From positions 4,192,001 through 4,256,000 of the forward strand of contig CAVUSO010000001.1 of NCBI GenBank assembly GCA_963744145.1: DNA of 64,000 nucleotides, written 5' to 3'. Shown here in pieces: positions 33,295 to 42,621 of the stretch (the stretch's first letter is position 1; every line of letters starts with the position of its first letter). The notes under the pieces are model-generated. The model searched no databases. It saw only the letters and a program-made list of their open reading frames with translations, and was not told where the DNA came from. Source of the stretch: an uncultured cyanobacterium (GTDB lineage: Bacteria > Cyanobacteriota > Cyanobacteriia > Cyanobacteriales > CAWUOF01). Both the position numbers and the translations under genes were made by a program.

Positions 33295-33952
33295 ATTTTC
33301 TTTCCTTGGTGGCGACCCCATTCCCTATTTTCTATTATCTGTCAATGAGGGTAGTACCCCTGCATTGCTTCATACCTTACTTACAATTTAAAGTAAAAAA
33401 GCCTAGCACAGGATATGGTGTCATTAAAGAAAAGCTTGATGGGGGAGATTAAGTCGAGGTCAGTATAGAAAAACACAGTCTCTTGAAAGACTAACGCTTT
33501 ATGCCACAATAGCAGGATGGATCGAGGGAAATTTTTTACCATGTCAGATAGTCCACATCAAAAATCACTTTGTCCTTTCTCCTAATTGATAAGAAGAACG
33601 GATGTCTAATGGCAACATGAATAGACAAACTCAATCAGCTAAAAAACATAGCAGATGATCTCCGGATCGATCACCCCAAGGAATTTGCTTGAATTTACCC
33701 TGTGATTTTCAGCGTTGAATCAAGTTAGCTGTCCTTTGAGCCCACCCATGATGAGAGAATAGTTGAATTTTACCCAGTTTAGCCATAGCTCGGCTCTGGG
33801 AAAACCGACAATCCGATTGGGCAACCAATCATGCAAACACTCTGATTGCTAAGATCAATTTGTCATATTACCCTGGATATATCCAAATTAAAATATTTTT
33901 CTAGCAATCGTTACTTAAAGCTGATCAATTATCAAAATTAATACTGATATAA

Positions 33953-34834
33953 ATGATAGGTAGCTCTTATGTTAGGTTACCTAGAATATCCATGCAAGAC
34001 TTATTTGAAATCGCCGCTGGTTCTATGATTGGTCGAGATCATTTTTTAGCTGGCAAAAATAACCAGGACAGCTATCATACTATATCTTCAGCCCAATTTA
34101 CAATTGGGATTGTCTGTGATGGTTGTGGTGGTAGTAAGCATAGTGAAGTAGGAGCTAAGATCGGTGCAGTTCTCGTTGCAGAAACAATTAGAAGTCTATT
34201 ATCTGAGCCATTTCCCCAGATAGATTGGCAACAAATTCAACAAGTAATTCTCACTCATTTGAAAAATCTGGCTCAGTCAATGGGAGAAAATTTTCACCAA
34301 ATATTAAACGAATATTTCCTATTTACGATTGTTGGGATATTAATTACACCCACAAAAGTAACAATTTTTTCAGTCGGAGATGGAATTATAATTGTAAATG
34401 GGAAGGTTATGGAAATTGGACCTTTTCCTGATAATGCACCACCTTATTTGACTTATGGGATTTTGCATCATCCTCCAGATGATTGTCCCCAAAACTCTCA
34501 CTTATTTCAGATCCATCAACAGTTACCACTTGAAGAGGTGGAATCAATTTTGATTGGTACTGATGGAGCGATCGCTTTACTTAATTCTGCCCACTTATTG
34601 TTACCAGGAAAATCTGAACCTGTTGGTTCTATTAGTCAATTTTGGCAAGAGGATCGATATTTTCGTAACCCCGATCTCCTCCGACGTAAATTAGCTTTAA
34701 TTAATCGTCAAATCACTCAACCAGATTGGCATAACCATCAACTAATTCAGCAAAAAGGTTTATTAGCTGATGATACCACATTAATCGTCATGAGAAAGCG
34801 AAAAAAATCAGATGAATATTTATGTCAAAGGTAA
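33953..34834 (+). CDS. PP2C-family phosphatase (PphC/YegK, TerY-P type)
   Basis: G..H...NNQD, VCDGCGG, VGDG, IGTDG, ADDTT; start may be ATG 33992. Confidence 0.85.
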   Translation: MIGSSYVRLPRISMQDLFEIAAGSMIGRDHFLAGKNNQDSYHTISSAQFTIGIVCDGCGGSKHSEVGAKIGAVLVAETIRSLLSEPFPQIDWQQIQQVILTHLKNLAQSMGENFHQILNEYFLFTIVGILITPTKVTIFSVGDGIIIVNGKVMEIGPFPDNAPPYLTYGILHHPPDDCPQNSHLFQIHQQLPLEEVESILIGTDGAIALLNSAHLLLPGKSEPVGSISQFWQEDRYFRNPDLLRRKLALINRQITQPDWHNHQLIQQKGLLADDTTLIVMRKRKKSDEYLCQR

Positions 34835-36680
34835 AAAAATTCGTCTCGATCCCAGCCAATCGATTGGTAAGGGTGGAGAAGCTGAATTATATCAGATCGA
34901 TGATCATCAAGTTCTGAAAGTCTTTAAACAACCCAACCATCCCGATTATCAAAATTCACCGATTGCCCAACAAGCAGCTCGCGATCGCTTAAGTGAACAT
35001 CAGCAAAAATTACCCCAATTTCCTCGTAATTTACCTCCCCTTGTCATCCCACCAGACACCTTAGCTACTGATGCTAAAGGACAAACTATTTTAGGTTATA
35101 CCATGCCTTTAGTGAAAGATGCAGTAGTATTAATGAAATATAGCGATCGGAATTTTCGCAATCAGGGAATTTCCCATCAAACTGTTGTCCAAATATTTCA
35201 AGATTTACATACTACGATAAGTCAAATTCATGAGGTTCAAGTTGTCCTTGGTGATTTTAATGATTTAAACATTTTAATTAACCAGAATCAAGCTTATTTA
35301 ATTGATGCTGATTCTTTTCAATATGGTGGTTATTTATGTCGAGTATTTACCGCTCGGTTTGTTGACCCACTGCTTTGCCATCCCCAACAATCAAAACCAG
35401 TTTTACACCAACCTTACTCCGCTAATTCTGATTGGTATGCTTTTGGAGTAATGTTAATGCAATGTTTGCTATTTGTCGATCCTTATGGTGGAGTTTATCG
35501 ACCCAAAAATCCCAGTCAAAAAATTCTCCATGATGCTAGATTTTTACACCGAATTACGATCTTTAATCCTGAAGTAAAATATCCGAAACCAGCTCTACCA
35601 TATCAATTACTACCTGATGAATTAATCCATTATTTTTATCAAGTATTTGTGCAAGATGTCCGGGGAAAATTTCCGCGATCGCTCCTAGAGCAATTAATCT
35701 GGACAAAATGTGTGAACTGTCATCTAGAACACGCTCGTCCTACTTGTCCCAACTGTACTTTAGCCACACCTGTACCAACATTAATAGTAACAAAAGTCCG
35801 CGGTACTGTAACAGCAACCAGAATTTTTGAAACAGCAGGAATTATTTTATATGCAGTGGTACAAACCGGAAAATTACAATGGATCTATCATGATCAAGGT
35901 GAATTTAAACGGGAAGACAATCTCACAATTTTCAGCGGAGAATTAGATCCCCAACTAAAATTTCGGATCAAACATAAAACCACACTCATCGGTAAACGAG
36001 AGCAACTAATTACCCTAATTCCAGATCAAACTCCCCAACGTTTAGTAGTAGAAAGCTTTGATGTGAATGAAGATTATCGTTACTGGACCTATGGTGGTCA
36101 ATTATTACGGGATGGTCAACTAGGACCTGAATATATTGGTGATGTTTTAGCTCATCAAACTCAGTTTTGGGTAGGGTCTCATTTTGGATTTGGATTTTAT
36201 CATGCTGGATATTTGCATATTTTCTTTGTCTTTAATAGTAAAAAACGGGGTATTAATGATCAAGTTAAACTTCCAACTTGGACTGGACAACTACTAAATT
36301 CAACTTGTACCTTTACCCCAGAACGTTGCTGGTTTTTTTGGTCAACTCAAGAACAAGGAAAAACTATTCATCGATGTGCAGTGATTCGGTTTGATGGTAT
36401 AGTGGAGGCAACCAGTCAAAGTGAATTAGGAGATGGTTCTTGGTTGGGAAATAGTAATTTCCATCTTTCCAGCAATGGTACATGTGCTGTCGGCAATTTT
36501 TTACTGGTTGCTACTGATGATGGGATTATCCGAGTTGAGATCCAACATGACCAAATTATCCAAACAAAAGCATTTACTGACACAGAACCTTTGGTTGATT
36601 CTAGTTGTCAATTATTTTCTAGTTCCACCGGATTATATGTGGTAAATCAGCGAGAAATTTTGCTTTTGGAAATTAAATAA
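34812..36680 (+). CDS. YegI-like Ser/Thr kinase with Cys cluster and beta-rich C-terminal region
   Basis: IGKGGEA, VLKVF, VLGDFNDLNILI, LIDADSF, DWYAF, CVNC-x8-CPNC. Confidence 0.85.
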   Translation: MNIYVKGKKIRLDPSQSIGKGGEAELYQIDDHQVLKVFKQPNHPDYQNSPIAQQAARDRLSEHQQKLPQFPRNLPPLVIPPDTLATDAKGQTILGYTMPLVKDAVVLMKYSDRNFRNQGISHQTVVQIFQDLHTTISQIHEVQVVLGDFNDLNILINQNQAYLIDADSFQYGGYLCRVFTARFVDPLLCHPQQSKPVLHQPYSANSDWYAFGVMLMQCLLFVDPYGGVYRPKNPSQKILHDARFLHRITIFNPEVKYPKPALPYQLLPDELIHYFYQVFVQDVRGKFPRSLLEQLIWTKCVNCHLEHARPTCPNCTLATPVPTLIVTKVRGTVTATRIFETAGIILYAVVQTGKLQWIYHDQGEFKREDNLTIFSGELDPQLKFRIKHKTTLIGKREQLITLIPDQTPQRLVVESFDVNEDYRYWTYGGQLLRDGQLGPEYIGDVLAHQTQFWVGSHFGFGFYHAGYLHIFFVFNSKKRGINDQVKLPTWTGQLLNSTCTFTPERCWFFWSTQEQGKTIHRCAVIRFDGIVEATSQSELGDGSWLGNSNFHLSSNGTCAVGNFLLVATDDGIIRVEIQHDQIIQTKAFTDTEPLVDSSCQLFSSSTGLYVVNQREILLLEIK

Positions 36681-36692
36681 CGAGTTAAATTT

Positions 36693-37742
36693 ATGACAAC
36701 ACCAACAATCAACCAATTACCAATTCCCCCCCATTTTAAGCCGAAAATCGTGGGAGAAGTTTGGCAAGTTTTATATCAAGAGCGGGCTCGCGATGCAAAA
36801 ACTTGGGCTAATCAAAATAGGATTCAACCCGCAGCAAAAGATCAAACTCGGATTTGTTTAATGATCATTGATGCTCAGAATACTTTTTGTATTCCCAAAT
36901 TTGAATTATTTGTTGCTGGTCAATCTGGGACTGGTGCAGTAGATGATAATGTAAGACTATGTGAGTTTATTTATCGAAATCTGGGGGTAATTACGGCGAT
37001 CGCTCCGACGATGGACACCCATACAGCGATGCAAATTTTCCATCCTTTGTTCTGGATTAATGATGCAGGAGAACATCCGCTTCCTGCTGCGACTCATATT
37101 ACCTTAAATGATGTGCAAACTGGAGTTTGGAAAGTTAACCCAGCAGTTGCTTATAGTATCGCAGGTGGCAATTATTTAGCCTTGCAAAAACACGCTTTAC
37201 ACTATGTGAAAAAATTAAGTGATGAGGGTAAATATCCCTTGACAATTTGGCCCTATCATTCGATGTTAGGTGGGATTGGTCATGCTCTAGTTGCCGCAGT
37301 GGAAGAAGCGATATTTTTTCATAATATTAGTAGAAATAGTCAAACTTTATTTGAAATTAAAGGTGGTAATCCCTTAACTGAAAATTATTCAGTATTGCGT
37401 CCAGAAGTATTAGATGATGCAGAAGGAAGACCGATCGCGCAGAAAAATACTCGTTTTATTCAGAAACTACTTAACTTTGATGTCGTGATTATTGCTGGAC
37501 AAGCTAAAAGTCATTGTGTTGCTTGGACAATTGACGACTTATTAACCGAAATTCTCGCAGTTGATCCCCAGTTAGCTAAAAAAGTTTATCTATTAGAAGA
37601 TTGTACTTCTCCTGTAGTTGTCCCAGGAGTAATCGACTTTACCAATCAAGCAAATGAAGCTTTTAACCGATTTGCTCAAGCGGGAATGCACATTGTGACA
37701 TCGACTCAACCAATTCAAACTTGGGCAAATATTCCGATTTAA
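36693..37742 (+). CDS. Isochorismatase/nicotinamidase (PncA-like) cysteine hydrolase with large insertions
   Basis: IIDAQNTF, TMDTH, WPYHS, IKG, GQAKSHCVAWT, LLEDCTS. Confidence 0.85.
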   Translation: MTTPTINQLPIPPHFKPKIVGEVWQVLYQERARDAKTWANQNRIQPAAKDQTRICLMIIDAQNTFCIPKFELFVAGQSGTGAVDDNVRLCEFIYRNLGVITAIAPTMDTHTAMQIFHPLFWINDAGEHPLPAATHITLNDVQTGVWKVNPAVAYSIAGGNYLALQKHALHYVKKLSDEGKYPLTIWPYHSMLGGIGHALVAAVEEAIFFHNISRNSQTLFEIKGGNPLTENYSVLRPEVLDDAEGRPIAQKNTRFIQKLLNFDVVIIAGQAKSHCVAWTIDDLLTEILAVDPQLAKKVYLLEDCTSPVVVPGVIDFTNQANEAFNRFAQAGMHIVTSTQPIQTWANIPI

Positions 37743-37785
37743 TTTCAACCGCGATCGACTGAACTAATCACCCCTAAATAAACTT

Positions 37786-38577
37786 ATGAGTCAAACACCT
37801 AATCTCAACCATCTTTTCCAATCCGCTCACGCAGAAGGATTATTATCAACTGCATCGATCGAAGTCTTAAATATCATCGACATTGGGGCCCAAATTCAAG
37901 CAGGTTTGGGAGTAAATGTAGATGATGTGAGTGCTAGTGAAGTAGTGCTAGTGACAATTATGCCAGATGATTCAGGTTCGATTCGTTATGCTAATAATCA
38001 GCTAGTCGTGCAAGAAGGGCATAATGTGGTTTTAGATGCACTTTTAACATCAAATCACCAAGATAGCATTTTAGTTCATACTCGTTACTTAAACGGTCAT
38101 ATTCTCTATCCTTATTGTCTGTTAAACCAAGCAGTAAGAATGGATAACACTAATTATAATCCCAATAAAGGAACACCACTATATGATCAAACAGTGGTTT
38201 TATTGGGAACAGTTTTAGCTAAATCCCAAGAGTTTGCTGATAATGGAGTTCCAGTCAGAACTGTAACTTTAATTATTACTGATGGTGCCGATGAACATTC
38301 CGTCCGAGCTAGTGCAAAAACCGTTAGTAATTTAGTCAAAGATCTGCTAATGACAGAAACACATATTATTGCTGCGATGGGAATTTATGACGGTAAAACT
38401 GATTTTCACAAAATTTTCCAAGAGATGGGAATTCGACCAGAATGGATTCTGACTCCTGGCAATAATCAAAAAGAAATTCGTCGAGCATTTCAGGTATTTT
38501 CTCAGTCCGCAGTTAGAGCTAGTCAAGGTGCAGTTGGATTTAATCAAACCGCTCTAGGAGGTTTTGGGATACCGTAA
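37786..38577 (+). CDS. vWA domain protein (TerY-like)
   Basis: MIDAS residues DDSGS, GTPLYD, IITDG. Confidence 0.8.
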   Translation: MSQTPNLNHLFQSAHAEGLLSTASIEVLNIIDIGAQIQAGLGVNVDDVSASEVVLVTIMPDDSGSIRYANNQLVVQEGHNVVLDALLTSNHQDSILVHTRYLNGHILYPYCLLNQAVRMDNTNYNPNKGTPLYDQTVVLLGTVLAKSQEFADNGVPVRTVTLIITDGADEHSVRASAKTVSNLVKDLLMTETHIIAAMGIYDGKTDFHKIFQEMGIRPEWILTPGNNQKEIRRAFQVFSQSAVRASQGAVGFNQTALGGFGIP

Positions 38578-38852
38578 TCGATAGCGATCTAATCAATCTT
38601 TAAAAGTGGGAGCGGTTAGAGATGATTAATCTAAAATGATTCATCAAACTAACCGCTAGATTGAGACATTGAGGGTCAGGGTCTTCGGATTTTTCCGAAC
38701 TTAGCTGTTCTGAATTAAAAGTTCGGGTACTACTGCCAGAGCCTTCCATTTTTTTGTTTTTTAGGGTTGGGAAAATATTGACCCAAACAAGTTATAAACG
38801 ACCTTAGAGATTTTCAACTCGGTTGATCTATCTAACACACAGATCGAGTAAA

Positions 38853-40190
38853 TTATGCTACTACTGCTTCGGGAGTAGGTTGTTCCAGAAAAATTTCTCC
38901 CGATGGATCATCATATCCATAGAGTTCCGCATAACGACCCCAATCCGTGGCAGTTTTTAATTGTCGTTGTGCTTCCTGGGGACTAAAGTGACTTTCGAGA
39001 ATGTCTAAAATTAGTTCTTCAGAAATCCGTTGATTGCGTTTAGCTTGGAGCAGACGATTGATTTGTTGCACTAAACGAATATGAGTAAGTAGTTGTTCGC
39101 GCACAATTTGTTTGCGATCGTCAATGCTACCTTCAATAAATTTAGATCCTAAGGAGGTGAGACTAATATCCCCCTCCGCTAATTTGACAAAATCTAGCAA
39201 TTTCGCACCTTCAACGATCGGCAAAATTTCATCTACCTCTAATTGCAATTCTTGAGCTAGACGATATAAATCCTCATTTTGTCGATCTTCTAATAATTCC
39301 AACAAACCAGCGATCGAACCAACTCGGACATGGGGTAAAGATTGATATTTTTGCGGAACTGGAGAATCTGGTTCGGTGACAGGATCGACAGATGTTTGAG
39401 TTTCGGGCATTAAATCGGGGTTGGTCAGGATTTTATAGACTTGATCGACTAACGCTTGAAAACTGGGGCTTTGGCGATCGCGATAATGGGGTAAGGAGAC
39501 AGATAATTCTGCTCGTACTCGTCCAGGATTTCGTCCTAACACAATAATCCGATCGGCTAGAATTACTGCTTCTTCAATACTGTGGGTAACGATTAACACC
39601 GTTTGAGTGGGAATCCGACGTTCGATCCATAAATCCAATAGCTCAAAACGTAAGTTTTCCGCAGTTAACACATCCAGAGCTGAAAATGGTTCATCCATGC
39701 ACAATAATTCTGGTTCTACCGCTAAAGCTCGGGCAAAACCAACCCTTTGACGCATTCCTCCAGAAAGTTCTTTGGGGTAAGCATTTTCAAATCCATCTAA
39801 CCCAATAATATCAATCATCCGTAGGGCTTTTTGTCGGCGTGATTCTGGTGGTTCTCCCTTCGCTTTTAGTCCTAGTTCCACATTTTCCAATACCGTTAAC
39901 CAAGGATAAAGAGCAAAATTTTGAAAAACGATCGCCACACCAGAATTTAACCCAAGCAGAGGACGATTATGATAAACTACCTGACCATTTGTGGGCTGAT
40001 TTAACCCAGCAATCATCCGCATAATCGTCGATTTACCTGAACCCGAAGGACCTAATAAGGCCACAATCTCTCCGATATGGAGTTCGAGGTTAATATTTTC
40101 CAAAATGGTAATTTTCTGGCCGTTTGGTTGCTGATAAGACTTACTGACTTCTTCTAGCTTGATCAGGAGTTGGTTTTCTGCTTTAACCAT
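38853..40190 (-). CDS. Nitrate/sulfonate-type ABC ATP-binding protein with C-terminal AAA-associated domain
   Basis: GPSGSGKS, LSGGMRQR, MDEPFSALD, C-terminal DWGRYAELY. Confidence 0.9.
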   Translation of the reverse strand: MVKAENQLLIKLEEVSKSYQQPNGQKITILENINLELHIGEIVALLGPSGSGKSTIMRMIAGLNQPTNGQVVYHNRPLLGLNSGVAIVFQNFALYPWLTVLENVELGLKAKGEPPESRRQKALRMIDIIGLDGFENAYPKELSGGMRQRVGFARALAVEPELLCMDEPFSALDVLTAENLRFELLDLWIERRIPTQTVLIVTHSIEEAVILADRIIVLGRNPGRVRAELSVSLPHYRDRQSPSFQALVDQVYKILTNPDLMPETQTSVDPVTEPDSPVPQKYQSLPHVRVGSIAGLLELLEDRQNEDLYRLAQELQLEVDEILPIVEGAKLLDFVKLAEGDISLTSLGSKFIEGSIDDRKQIVREQLLTHIRLVQQINRLLQAKRNQRISEELILDILESHFSPQEAQRQLKTATDWGRYAELYGYDDPSGEIFLEQPTPEAVVA

Positions 40191-40465
40191 GATGATTTCC
40201 CTGTTCCCTAAAATATTTTTAATTTACCCACAGCAAGCATCGGTTATTCTGGTCTTCTGGTCAATATCTTAAGATTAGAACTTTTGATGATTTTCTTAAT
40301 TGAGAAATAGTCATTTCACCCCTCCCTAAATTGGCCTATTTACACGATTATAATCTCAATGTAAACTAAGAATAAATTAAGGGTGTTGGGGATCAGATCA
40401 GACAGTCCCAAATTTAAGGTTGTTTAATCAGGTAGAGTGAAATTGGTGATGACTTAAACGCGCAT

Positions 40466-42621
40466 TTCTTCACTGAACCATATTAATATATAGTTGATCT
40501 GTTGGCTGCATAGATGGTGAGGGCAAAGCATTTCGGTATTATTATTCTTCCCTTCGACTACGCTCAGGGTAAACGCTTCAGTTATGATTTATGCACCGAA
40601 ATGCTTTGCCCCTACAAGTTAACTGAACTGGATTGAATTATATATTATTTTTCAAGCCAACTAGGTTCAGTCAGCGCCCCTTACTTTTTGTCCGAGATCC
40701 TGTAGGGGTGAAGCATTCGGGCGATAATTGAGCGTTCAAACCAGTAATATTATACCCGAATGCTTCACCCTGCTTTTGCGCCGAGATCCCCAAAAATATT
40801 CTTAACTGAACCCTATTAATATATAGTTGATCTGTTGGTTGCATGGATGGTGAGGGCAAAGCATTTCGGTATTATTATTCTTCGCTTCAGTTATGATTTA
40901 TGCACCGAAATGCTTTGCCCCTACAAGTTAACTGAACTGGATTGGATTATATATTATTTCTCAATCCAACTAGGTTCCGTCGGTGCCCCTTGCCTTTTGT
41001 CCGAGATCCTGTAGGGGTGAAGCATTCGGGCGATAATTGAGCGTTCAAACCAGTAATATTATACCCGAATGCTTCACCCTGCTTTTGCGCCGAGATCCCC
41101 AAAAATATTCTTAACTGAACCCTATTAATATATAGTTGATCTGTTGGCTGCATAGATGGTGAGGGCAAAGCATTTCGGTATTATTATTCTTCCCTTCGAC
41201 TACGCTCAGGGTAAACGCTTCAGTTATGATTTATGCGCCGAAATGCTTTGCCCCTACAAGTTAACTGAACTGGATTGAATTATATATTATTTTTCAAGCC
41301 AACTAGGTTCAGTCAGCGCCCCTTACTTTTTGTCCGAGATCCTGTAGGGGTGAAGCATTCGGGCGATAATTGAGCGTTCAAACCAGTAATATTATACCCG
41401 AATGCTTCACCCTGCTTTTGCGCCGAGATCCCCAAAAATATTCTTCACTAAACCCTATTAATATATAGTTGATCTGTTGGTTGCATGGATGGTGAGGGCA
41501 AAGCATTTCGGTATTATTATTCTTCGCTTCAGTTATGATTTATGCACCGAAATGCTTTGCCCCTACAAGTTAACTGAACTGGATTGGATTATATATTATT
41601 TCTCAATCCAACTAGGTTCCGTCAGTGCCCCTTGCCTTTTGTCCGAGATCCTGTAGGGGTGAAGCATTCGGGCGATAATTGAGCGTTCAAACCAGTAATA
41701 TTATACCCGAATGCTTCACCCTTCGACTACGCTCAGGGTAAACCCTGCTTTTGCGCCGAGATCCCCAAAAATATTCTTAACTGAACCCTATTAATATATA
41801 GTTGATCTGTTGGCTGCATGGATGGTGAGGGCAAAGCATTTCGGTATTATTATTCTTCGCTTCAGTTATGATTTATGCACCGGAATGCTTTGCCCCTACA
41901 AGTTAACTGAACTGGATTGGATTATATATTATTTCTCAATCCAACTAGGTTCCGTCGGTGCCCCTTGCCTTTTGTCCGAGATCCTGTAGGGGTGAAGCAT
42001 TCGGGCGATAATTGAGCGTTCAAACCAGTAATATTATACCCGAATGCTTCACCCTGCTTTTGCGCCGAGATCCCCAAAAATATTCTTAACTGAACCCTAT
42101 TAATATATAGTTGATCTGTTGGCTGCATGGATGGTGAGGGCAAAGCATTTCGGTATTATTATTCTTCCCTTCAGTTATGATTTATGCGCCGAAATGCTTT
42201 GCCCCTACAAGTTAACTGAACTGGATTGGATTATATATTATTTCTCAATCCAACTAGGTTCCGTCAGTGCCCCTTGCCTTTTGTCCGAGATCCTGTAGGG
42301 GTGAAGCATTCGGGCGATAATTGAGCGTTCAAACCAGTAATATTATACCCGAATGCTTCACCCTGCTTTTGCGCCGAGATCCCCAAAAATATTCTTAACT
42401 GAACCCTATTAATATATAGTTGATCTGTTGGCTGCATGGATGGTGAGGGCAAAGCATTTCGGTATTATTATTCTTCCCTTCGACTACGCTCAGGGTAAAC
42501 CCTTCAGTTATGATTTATGCACCGAAATGCTTTGCCCCTACAAGTTAACTGAACTGGATTGAATTATATATTATTTTTCAATCCAACTCGGTTCCGTTAG
42601 TGCCCCTTGCATTTTGCCGAG
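40466..42621 (-). repeat. Tandem array B: 6 full units of 309 or 333 bp plus a partial unit (TIR/GTAG element + degenerate copy of the mfd 3' end)
   Basis: tgtaggggtgaagc at 40701, 41010, 41343, 41652, 41985, 42294. Confidence 0.95.

Noticed and set aside
33330..33950. Possible gene remnant upstream of the PP2C operon
   Set aside because: Only short frames with no recognisable motifs on either strand.
40671..42452. Four near-identical 62-73 aa ORFs (MPSPSMQPTDQ...)
   Set aside because: TTG-started frames within array B hairpin elements; better explained as non-coding repeats.
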